Source of the DNA: a virus
DNA length: 64,000 nucleotides
Reading direction: 5' to 3' (one strand)
IMG/VR virus record: IMGVR_UViG_3300036820_000010
Coordinates: 20,581-84,580 of that record
The notes beneath the pieces were generated by a model. The model made no database searches and was not told the origin of the DNA. It saw only the letters and a program-made list of their open reading frames with translations. The position numbers and the translations under genes were made by a program. Positions 56,767 to 64,000 of this stretch are shown piece by piece (position 1 is the first letter of the stretch; the number at the start of each line of letters is the position of its first letter).

Positions 56767-57032
56767 AGGGACTCCCGGATTTGAGTTGATTTTCCCTTAG
56801 TTTAGTAGAGAATCTGCCTGTTGACAGTGATAATTACTGTGAATGTAAGTTTACCAGAGGTCAACTCACAGCCCACAGAGACCCTCCACAGTATTTTCCA
56901 CAGTCGCTTCAGTGGCCAGAAAGTTACTGTTCCAAGCCGGGGCCTAGAGAGTCGGGGCGCCAACGCCCGGAGCCAAACTGCAGCCACTTCTTCCGCCACC
57001 CCGGGGTGGGCCACCCTTGGTTTTTCCATAGT

Positions 57033-57100
57033 ACCTTATGACTGTTAAGCACATGGAATGCTTAACAGTCATAAGGTCATAGGACTTAACAGTCATAAGG
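57033..57100. repeat. 19-bp perfect inverted repeat plus a third direct copy
   Basis: ACCTTATGACTGTTAAGCA (57033-57051) / TGCTTAACAGTCATAAGGT (57059-57077); CTTAACAGTCATAAGG again at 57085-57100. Confidence 0.85.
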
Positions 57101-57426
57101 CCTCATCCTGTTCAGGTATAAGAAGGCAAGGTGAGGAGGGTTAACTCAAGGCGCCTGCCTGCCTTGTCCTCGCGCTCGCCTCATCCTTATGACCTCAGGC
57201 GCCTCGTCCTTATCCTGCCTGCCTCGTCTTTGTTAAACACATGACTTCATTTAAGTTATACCTAGGCACTCCTCATCCTTATCCCAACGATGACTACGAA
57301 CCTTATCCCAGTCCCCATCAGGCACAGGCCTGACATCATACCCACAGTCAAGGCGCCAACAAGACAAGGCATATTTCTACCCTAGACCCCTTGACATCTA
57401 GGTGCCAATTGTCTATGATTATAGAT

Positions 57427-57717
57427 ATGGGAACGTTGCGCGCAGGAGGCGAGAAGCGAGGCAACTCGCGTGATCGTCGCAACCGCAAGGTGTGGATGCT
57501 GCGCACATGGGACAATGACCTGGGTGTCGAGGCATGCCGTTGCGTGCATTGCGCACGAATCGGCAGAGAGACGATCCTCGACATCAAGGGTGTCGAGGCA
57601 GATCGCATCGTCCCCGGAGCGTCCTATGCCCATGACAACGTGCAACCGTCCTGTCGATCGTGCAACCTCGCCCGATCGAACAACATCGCCTGGGCACCGC
57701 AAGGCGCCTTCGCCTAG
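57427..57717 (+). CDS. Small HNH endonuclease, leaderless
   Basis: 'RGNSRDRRNRKVWML', 'CVHC', 'EADRIVPG.SY..DNVQPSCRSCN'; TTGACA-N17-TATGAT promoter just upstream. Confidence 0.8.
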   Translation: MGTLRAGGEKRGNSRDRRNRKVWMLRTWDNDLGVEACRCVHCARIGRETILDIKGVEADRIVPGASYAHDNVQPSCRSCNLARSNNIAWAPQGAFA

Positions 57718-57733
57718 AGGAGTTCAATCGACA

Positions 57734-57928
57734 ATGTCCCGTGTCAACGTCAAGGTCTACCTAGGTAGGTCGCCTCACGTTCGCAACCTGCAGGATGTCG
57801 AGGCAAAGGTCGCCCGCCTAATGCGCCAGGCAGAGAACGACCGCCTGTCGTTGTGGGTCAACTTGGACCTGCCCGACGACGACGAACTCAACGAGCAGCG
57901 GGAGCTGCACGACCTAGGGGTGCTGTGA
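57734..57928 (+). CDS. Hypothetical protein
   Basis: MSRVNVKVYL start with GAGGAG RBS. Confidence 0.5.
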   Translation: MSRVNVKVYLGRSPHVRNLQDVEAKVARLMRQAENDRLSLWVNLDLPDDDELNEQRELHDLGVL

Positions 57929-58152
57929 TGCGAGATCTCAGCGACCTCAATCAGGAGCGCTTCGAACAGGGGTTCGAGCGCCTCCTCGTCCTGTATCGCA
58001 ACTGGAAGAAGGCGGAGGAGGTCGTCCCTCAGAATGCGCATCGTGAGGTAGGCGCCTACAACAGGTTCATGTCCGCCCTCGACATGTTCACGATCATGTC
58101 GGGCGAGGTCTCGGCGACGACGATGTCCTACCTAGAGGACGAGGTGTCCTGA
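57928..58152 (+). CDS. Hypothetical protein
   Basis: MRDLSDL start; TGATG coupling. Confidence 0.5.
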   Translation: MRDLSDLNQERFEQGFERLLVLYRNWKKAEEVVPQNAHREVGAYNRFMSALDMFTIMSGEVSATTMSYLEDEVS

Positions 58153-58445
58153 TGCTCGTGCCCAAGGTCGTCCCGTCCGATGGTGTCGAGGAGGCGTTCG
58201 CTATGTCGCGTGTTTCGCGTTTCGCGTTTCGTGTTTTCACGGTCGTGACGTTCGTCCCTATGGGCGCCCTCTTAGTCCTAGGGGCAGGCATGGTCACGGG
58301 TGTCGCGCGCGTCGATCGCGTGTCGGAGCAGGTCGTGGGTGTGTCCGCGGGGCAGTTCGATGCCTCTCGTAGTGTCGAGGAGCACTATTGCTCCCTCGAC
58401 GTGATGTCAGGTCGTGTCATCGTGTCGTGTCAGGAGGCGAACTGA
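58152..58445 (+). CDS. Membrane protein
   Basis: One TM segment. Confidence 0.45.
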   Translation: MLVPKVVPSDGVEEAFAMSRVSRFAFRVFTVVTFVPMGALLVLGAGMVTGVARVDRVSEQVVGVSAGQFDASRSVEEHYCSLDVMSGRVIVSCQEAN

Positions 58446-58609
58446 TGAACAAGGCAGAGCAGAAGGCGAAGGTGATCGAGGCACGTCGCCTCCTGAACCA
58501 CGCCATGGATCACGTAACGATGGGTAATCACGAACAGGCATTCTCCCTGTTCGAGGAGGCCCAGGGAATCGTGTTCGACCTCAAGGAGGCGAACCTGACG
58601 CCCGTCTGA
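58445..58609 (+). CDS. Hypothetical protein
   Basis: MNKAEQKAK start with AGGAGG RBS. Confidence 0.55.
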   Translation: MNKAEQKAKVIEARRLLNHAMDHVTMGNHEQAFSLFEEAQGIVFDLKEANLTPV

Positions 58610-58628
58610 CTGCACTCGATCACAGTTG

Positions 58629-58666
58629 CGCCCGTTTGTCAACCCTGGCAAACGGGCGTTCGTTTT
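58629..58666 (+). terminator. Intrinsic terminator
   Basis: CGCCCGTTTGTCA-loop-TGGCAAACGGGCG followed by TTCGTTTT. Confidence 0.75.
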
Positions 58667-58943
58667 ATATCAGGAGTGTAGACACGCTGTGACGCGAGCA
58701 GCCGGTCGCTGCGCGATCGAGGTCGTCACCCCAATAACTCACACGGGCAAACTCTTTTATCGTCGCAGAATCGAGATTTTGCTGTAAACGTTTGCAGGGA
58801 TCTCGTTAGGCGTGCGAACTAGATTAGTTCGCGTGACTAACATCGGTTTTTCCCCAGGTCCTGATATTCGATGCGCACGCTCCCGGTCGATCGTCTATAA
58901 TCATTGTAATGACCTACGGGAACCTACACACAGGAGGCAACGC

Positions 58944-60023
58944 ATGCCCTCGATCATGACTGGCGTCGAACTCTCGCAAGCCGAGGTGGGCGTTCGCGAA
59001 TTCGTCGTCAAGGACCTAGTCCCCAAGGGGTCACTGACCCTGGTCGCGGCTCGCAAGGGGCGAGGCAAGAGCGTGTTCACCTTGTCCCTCGCCCATCACG
59101 TCACGACCGGCAGGCCTTTCCTGGGTCGTCCTGTCACCCAGGGGCAATGGCTGTACGTCGGGACCGAGGACGACTCGATCGAGTTGAAGGGTCGTTACAA
59201 GCGCCTGTGCGACACCTTGGGCGACGACGCATCGCCCGACATCGACTTGGGCACCCAGTGGGCGAAGCAGTCAGAAGGCGGGATCGACGAATTGCGACGT
59301 TGGGTCGCAGGGTGCGACAACCCCCAGGGGATCACGATCGACTTGGCTGTCGGGGTGACGCCTGAACTCCTGGTCGTGCGTCGGGGGTGGGCGGCGATCG
59401 CGACGTTGATGAAGGAGTGGATCGACCTAGCGCGCCAAGAGAACATCGCCATCATTCTGGTCCTGCACATGAATCGAGGCAAGGACAACTCGAGTGACCC
59501 GATCGGGGACGTGCAGGGATCAGGAGCGGTCACGGCTTACGCCCAGACGCTCCTAGTCATCCAGGGGTCGAACCTAGGCAGCGAACGTTCGTTGTTCGTC
59601 GCGGGCAAGTTCGGGAACTCGATGACCCCGATCACGATCGACGGGGCGTCGATGACGGTCGAACTGCGCGACACGTCATCGGTCGATGACGAGGCGATGT
59701 CGAAGGAGCGCTCTCGCCTGATCACCCTGATCGCCCAGAACCCAGGGTTGAAGGCACGTGAGCTCGCCCGCAAGTGTCGTGATCGTCAAGTCGAGGCGAC
59801 GTGTCGCCTGCTGCAGATGATGGGCGACGACCATCAGGTCGACGTGCGCGAGCGCAGATATTACCCTCACATCGTCGATGTCAACGACCTCGAGGCGGGA
59901 CACGAGGTGTTCGTCCTGGGCAACGATGGGAAGGCGGTCAAGGCAGTCGTCTCCCAGGCATCCCTCCTCGACGCGCCCACCCCTCGCCTGGTTGTCGAGG
60001 AGCACGAGAAGGGGGTCGCCTGA
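58944..60023 (+). CDS. AAA_25/RepA-like ATPase-helicase with C-terminal winged HTH
   Basis: 'FVVKDLVPKG', 'ARKGRGKS', 'FLG.PV.QG..LY...ED', 'VLHMNR', 'GSGA'; RBS AGGAGG. Confidence 0.8.
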   Translation: MPSIMTGVELSQAEVGVREFVVKDLVPKGSLTLVAARKGRGKSVFTLSLAHHVTTGRPFLGRPVTQGQWLYVGTEDDSIELKGRYKRLCDTLGDDASPDIDLGTQWAKQSEGGIDELRRWVAGCDNPQGITIDLAVGVTPELLVVRRGWAAIATLMKEWIDLARQENIAIILVLHMNRGKDNSSDPIGDVQGSGAVTAYAQTLLVIQGSNLGSERSLFVAGKFGNSMTPITIDGASMTVELRDTSSVDDEAMSKERSRLITLIAQNPGLKARELARKCRDRQVEATCRLLQMMGDDHQVDVRERRYYPHIVDVNDLEAGHEVFVLGNDGKAVKAVVSQASLLDAPTPRLVVEEHEKGVA

Positions 60024-60072
60024 CCCTCGAACGAACGTACGCGGGCGACAGGAAAAATTCCTGTCGTCCGCC

Positions 60073-60116
60073 TTGACATTTCCTGTCGAATCGTCTATAT
60101 TTATTGCATGGGAACA
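60073..60116 (+). promoter_or_regulatory. 44-bp repeat copy 1: TTGACA-N17-TATATT promoter with leaderless ATG
   Basis: TTGACATTTCCTGTCGAATCGTCTATATTTATTGCATGGGAACA, identical in 3 copies. Confidence 0.9.
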
Positions 60117-60260
60117 ATGCCACTCGCGTCGATCATCACCTACGCCTTCCTGTGGGCGATCCCTGCCTCGTTCGTAGGCATGGTCGCCTTCACCATCGTC
60201 GCCCGCGTGCGAACTCAGGTCCAAGTCAAGCGACCCGCACGCCGTAGGAGGACCTTCTGA
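60108..60260 (+). CDS. Small membrane protein (50 aa), leaderless
   Basis: MGTMPLASIITYAFLWAIPASFVGMVAFTIVARVR... Confidence 0.6.
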   Translation: MGTMPLASIITYAFLWAIPASFVGMVAFTIVARVRTQVQVKRPARRRRTF

Positions 60261-60460
60261 TGCACACAACCGACCTCTCGATCGTTTGTTCGTACATCGC
60301 GCGTACGATCTCGGCCTGCGAAGTCGACGAGGTGCTAGGCGACGGGACCGCGCGCGCGATCGATGAGGCGATAATGATCCTAGACCTCGACACTCAGCAT
60401 GGCAGGATAGTCGATGTCGCGCGCGTCGTGTTCGACGAACTCGACATGTTCGAATCCTGA
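60260..60460 (+). CDS. Hypothetical protein
   Basis: RBS AGGAGG; coupled ORF. Confidence 0.55.
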   Translation: MHTTDLSIVCSYIARTISACEVDEVLGDGTARAIDEAIMILDLDTQHGRIVDVARVVFDELDMFES

Positions 60461-60479
60461 AGATTCCTACATTCTCCTG

Positions 60480-60523
60480 TTGACATTTCCTGTCGAATCG
60501 TCTATATTTATTGCATGGGAACA
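60480..60523 (+). promoter_or_regulatory. 44-bp repeat copy 2
   Basis: Identical to copy 1. Confidence 0.9.
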
Positions 60524-61060
60524 CGATACCCGATCACTGCGAAGTACGCCTCGACTTGCCCCTCCTGCAACGGGGCGATCGAGGTAGGCGACAGGGTCCT
60601 GTGGGCGCGAGGCGAGAAGGCGACGCACGTCGTCTGCCCCAAGAGCACGTCGTGGGTCACGCAGCAGCAGGCACCGGTCGCGCGCATCGCGCCCGAGGCC
60701 CAAGGCGTCTACGTCATCGAGGGGGACGACGAGTCACAGATCGTCAAGGTGCAGGCGACGCGTGACGGTCAGCGCACCTACGCGATGCGTTGGGAGGATC
60801 GCAACGCCGCCCGCCTGATGGGGAACGGCGAACACGCGCACGGCGAATGGGTGTACGAACCTGGCTTGGTCACCGTCGTCGCCCGTGAGGGACACAAGAT
60901 GACCCTCGACGAGGCGAGGGCGTTCATCGTTCTCTACGGGCAGTGTGTGCGCTGTGGGCGTCACCTGAAGGCGGCCGAGAGCGTCGAACGCGGGATCGGT
61001 CCCGTCTGCGTCAAGTACTTCGAGGCAGGAACGACCGGGGCGAGCGTGATCGCCGCCTGA
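60515..61060 (+). CDS. DUF6011-like Zn-binding protein, leaderless
   Basis: 'AKYASTCPSC...I..GD', C-terminal 'GQCVRCGRHL....SVERGIGPVC'. Confidence 0.75.
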   Translation: MGTRYPITAKYASTCPSCNGAIEVGDRVLWARGEKATHVVCPKSTSWVTQQQAPVARIAPEAQGVYVIEGDDESQIVKVQATRDGQRTYAMRWEDRNAARLMGNGEHAHGEWVYEPGLVTVVAREGHKMTLDEARAFIVLYGQCVRCGRHLKAAESVERGIGPVCVKYFEAGTTGASVIAA

Positions 61061-61074
61061 CGATTCGTTCGCAA

Positions 61075-61110
61075 GGGGGGTCGTGCGCGATGCGCACGAC
61101 CCCTTCTTCG
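61075..61110 (+). terminator. Terminator hairpin
   Basis: GGGGTCGTGCGC-GAT-GCGCACGACCCC followed by TTCTT. Confidence 0.7.
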
Positions 61111-61147
61111 TGGGCTACATCCTTACGAAGATTTTACAAGTTCCCTG

Positions 61148-61191
61148 TTGACATTTCCTGTCGAATCGTCTATATTTATTGCATGGGAACA
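61148..61191 (+). promoter_or_regulatory. 44-bp repeat copy 3
   Basis: Identical to copy 1. Confidence 0.9.
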
Positions 61192-61530
61192 ACCAACGAC
61201 ACGACGAAGACCTTCGACCCCGCCTCGTTCTCGATCGACGCGATGTGGGCAGTCGTCAAGCCACTGCAGGAAACAGACGAGAAGAGGGCAGAGGTGCTCT
61301 GGCGGGTCATGGAGGGGATCGCCAACGCGACCCAGAACGCGCGCCAGGCGACCCGTCGCCTGCGTCAATCCTGCGACGACCTCGACGCTTCCATCGATTC
61401 AATCTGGTCGCATGAAGTCGCCCTGGCCTCAGTCGACCTAGAGAAGGCGCTCGCGACGAGAAGCGTCCTCCTCCCGATCCTGATCAACCTCCTAGGCAAG
61501 GCCGAGGTCACCCGCCTTCTCGGAACTTAG
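61183..61530 (+). CDS. Hypothetical helical protein, leaderless
   Basis: MGTTNDTTK start inside repeat copy 3. Confidence 0.65.
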   Translation: MGTTNDTTKTFDPASFSIDAMWAVVKPLQETDEKRAEVLWRVMEGIANATQNARQATRRLRQSCDDLDASIDSIWSHEVALASVDLEKALATRSVLLPILINLLGKAEVTRLLGT

Positions 61531-61550
61531 ACGCGACGAATCAGTCGTCG

Positions 61551-61590
61551 AGGCGACCCCCACATCTAAGGGGTCGCCTTCTTCGTGTTT
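61551..61590 (+). terminator. Terminator hairpin
   Basis: AGGCGACCCC-loop-GGGGTCGCCT followed by TCTTCGTGTTT. Confidence 0.65.
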
Positions 61591-61864
61591 CTCGACACCT
61601 ATCCCGATGGGTGTCGAGGGTGTCTAGGCCTACCCCTTGTTCTGCGCGCACAGGTCGACGCTCTGACACGGAACTGCGCACCCCGCACAGGTTGATGGAG
61701 TACGAGAGAGCGCGTCGGAGCGTCGAAGACACGACGCGGAGAGACGGGCGTAGCGACGCGAAATCGCATACCCTTAGTGGGTACACCCCCGTAAGAGAGA
61801 TTGCGGCTGCTCGCGTCGAAATTTCCTGTTGACATTTCCCGGGGTGATGTGCGATACTATAAAT

Positions 61865-62170
61865 ATGGGAATCGACAAGTCGCGGATGACTCAAGACGCC
61901 GCCTACGTGATCGACCTCGATCGTCGATCGATGTTGGTCCTTTTAGACGACACGGTCAACGAGGTCCTAGCCGAGAACTTCGACCTGAGCATGCGAGAGG
62001 TGATCATGCGCGTACGCAAACTCGACGAGGAAGGCCTAGAGGAAATGGTCACCTCAGGTTCGATCACGCGCGACGAATGCGAGACGGCGATGCGCCCGAC
62101 CGACGAGGATATTCGATCGTCGATCGCGAACTATCGCGCGATGTTCAACCTGATATCGCGCAACTTCTGA
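61865..62170 (+). CDS. Hypothetical acidic protein, leaderless
   Basis: TTGACATTTCC...GATACT promoter variant at 61829; MGIDK start. Confidence 0.65.
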   Translation: MGIDKSRMTQDAAYVIDLDRRSMLVLLDDTVNEVLAENFDLSMREVIMRVRKLDEEGLEEMVTSGSITRDECETAMRPTDEDIRSSIANYRAMFNLISRNF

Positions 62171-62185
62171 CAATCCCCTGTTCCC

Positions 62186-62224
62186 TGCGACGGGCGCGCA
62201 ACGTGCGCGTCCCGTCGCATTTTT
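62186..62224 (+). terminator. Intrinsic terminator
   Basis: TGCGACGGGCGCGCA/TGCGCGTCCCGTCGCA followed by TTTTT. Confidence 0.75.
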
Positions 62225-62309
62225 GCATAAGGAAGGACAGGCACCTGCAATGCCCGTCCCATCGTCGTGATATGACACACCCCCGTTGCAGGCGGGAGTT
62301 GAGGGTCGT

Positions 62310-62549
62310 CTAAGCGGTCGTGCCCATGGACACGTCGCCCATGATGTTGGGGTCGACGACGATGTCGAGATGCGCGACGTTGACGCGCACGAACGCCTCG
62401 ATCCCGTGATCCTTGATCGAGGAGTCGTCCTCGTCGGTCGCGAGGTAGGTGGCGAACTCGTGTCGCGCGTCGGCGGCGTTGCGCGCCCGCACGATCGACA
62501 CGTAGGTCCCGTCCCCGTCCGGGGTGACAACGATGTATGCGTTTCCCAT
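62310..62549 (-). CDS. Hypothetical protein, leaderless
   Basis: Minus-strand TTGACA-N17-TATAAT, then ATGGGAAAC (MGNAY). Confidence 0.65.
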   Translation of the reverse strand: MGNAYIVVTPDGDGTYVSIVRARNAADARHEFATYLATDEDDSSIKDHGIEAFVRVNVAHLDIVVDPNIMGDVSMGTTA

Positions 62550-62859
62550 TACTATGATTATAGGGGGTCGGGGGCATCCTGTCAACCCCGAATTTTCGTT
62601 CGTGCACGCGTGCGTGCGCACGTGTCGCTTGTCAACCGCGTTTTCGCGTTTCGTGTTTCGCGTTTCGTTTACAACATATCGCGATAGTGTCGGGAACCCC
62701 TAGGGGACCTCGACACCCATCTCTGCCCACGCAGACCCTGGGCGTCTCGCGTCACAGCCGGTCGCTGCGACACGAGAAGGCACGCCCCGATAGATTCGTC
62801 GGCCGAGAGATTCTCGCGTCGGAGATCGCGTCTCTCCGCGTCGAGGTGACCTGGTGAAT

Positions 62860-62931
62860 TTCCAAGTTTCTTGGAATTCCCAAGGCCCTTGGATTTTCCA
62901 ACATTCTTGGAAATTCCAAGGGCCTTGGATT
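62860..62931. repeat. Four tandem 18-bp palindromic units (TTCCAA-N4-TTGGA-like)
   Basis: TTCCAAGTTTCTTGGAAT / TCCCAAGGCCCTTGGATT / TTCCAACATTCTTGGAAA / TTCCAAGGGCCTTGGATT. Confidence 0.8.
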
Positions 62932-64000
62932 TTCCCCAGGGCGAACGCCCGTTCGGGTTTAAACCGAAAATCCGAACCGGGCTTACCAGGGGCTGCTCTC
63001 GGGGGCTTACCGTACCGGTTTTATATTATAATTATAATGTAATAGAAATTTTCAAAAACTGCAAAAATTTTTTTTTCAGGTTTTGGGTTTTTGCCTTGAC
63101 TCCCCTTGGATTTTGTCCAGGCAAAGCAAGACCTTGGTCTCTACTCCACCTTGCCTAGAAACGCAACATCTTGAGATTCGACCGAAGTAGTTTGACTTCT
63201 CCTCCGAGGTAAGACTCAACCCCCGCACTCATCCTGGGTCTCAAGACAGAGTCAGGGAACAAATTCAGTCAGTCTAGACTCCACCTGGATTTATTACGCG
63301 CACGCGCGCTTGAAACCAATCCCGACGTGATCTCCCGACGTGTCAAGGTTCCTGAGTTTTCCCAAAGGCAGGAGTCTGAGAACCTGAGTAAACCCCAAAT
63401 CTAGTCTCTACTCCAATGACTGACCCCGCAACCAGAGTTGCATCCCCTAGGGGAACTCAAGGCCTAGAAACTCAAAATCAAACGGGGAGAAAAGCCCCCC
63501 GGTATTTTTCAAGGGAGCGGGGCTACCCCGGGGGCCTAGGCAAACGGGGAGAAAACAGAGTGAGTGTGTTCTGAGTGTCGAGAAAACCCCCTGGGTCCTG
63601 TGATTATTGAAGTTCCCTCTCTGCCCAGGACTCTACCTTGAATCAAAACAGACCAGGGAAAAGACCGGACTTGTCGGGAGGGCATGGTGCGGGGTGTCGG
63701 GTAGGTGGGGAGTGGTAAGTCTTGTCGGTCAGTCCTGGCATGGACAGTCGGCTTGGTGAGGTGCGGCAAGGTTAGTCGGAAAGGATAGGTACGGCCAGGT
63801 TCGGTAAGTCGTTACGGTCTGGATAGTCTAGAAGGCAGGGTTCGGGTTGTCGGAGTGGGACGGCATGGTGTGTGCCGGATTGTCGGGACGGCATGGGCTG
63901 GAAGGGATTGTCGGTGAGGTATGGGCTGTCGGGGAGGGATGGATTGTCGGGGGGGGGGGGGGGGGGTACGGTGTGGTCCGGGTTTTAGGTAAGGTGTGGT

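Noticed and set aside
59676-60524. 282-aa minus-strand ORF and other long antisense ORFs in the track
   Set aside because: Arg-rich shadow frames of GC-rich coding DNA that overlap better-supported genes
60073-61191. 44-bp direct repeats as a CRISPR array
   Set aside because: The intervals are 360-620 bp and contain genes; the repeat is a promoter plus start codon; no cas operon is present
63948-63966. Poly-G run as a G-quadruplex or phase-variation tract
   Set aside because: It lies at the window edge in low-complexity sequence and may be a sequencing artefact
1-64000. tRNA genes
   Set aside because: No cloverleaf with a GTTCGA T-loop and acceptor stem was recognised in intergenic regions; tRNAscan was not run

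Overview
This window is a 64-kb segment of a lytic-looking tailed dsDNA (siphovirus-like) phage genome of moderately high GC. DUF397, leaderless promoters and actinophage-like genes suggest an Actinomycetota- or Chloroflexota-type host (inference). Layout: (1) 1-12.1 kb (+): end of the tape-measure gene, tail genes, and an expanded membrane/lysis cassette (GH25-like endolysin, holin, papain-like protease). (2) 12.2-38.2 kb (-): UDG-PolA fusion polymerase; a complete 7-deazaguanine pathway (folE, queD, queE, queC, queF) with a divergent TGT-fold protein, a YkgJ-like Fe-S protein, MazG-like and DUF3310 genes; SSB/Sak4/Cas4-like/RuvC/SNF2 genes; a split MoxR-AAA/VWA system; and a ~680-nt ORF-free, highly base-paired region with its own promoter (candidate large ncRNA). 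(3) 38.4-42.5 kb (+): primase-helicase, iteron-like repeats, a GIY-YIG gene and a second structured RNA candidate. (4) 42.8-57 kb (mostly -): accessory genes, a packaging HNH, fibre-type virion genes, TerL with a Glu1 class-3 intein, and TerS, with no adjacent portal. (5) 57.4-62.6 kb: early-type cassettes, each with its own, partly identical, leaderless sigma70 promoter and usually a terminator. Genome-wide, the 9-mer GGTGTCGAG occurs about 25 times and flips orientation around the putative origin, and AGCT is strongly avoided. No integrase, tRNA or CRISPR array was recognised. All calls come from motif reading by eye; no searches were run.
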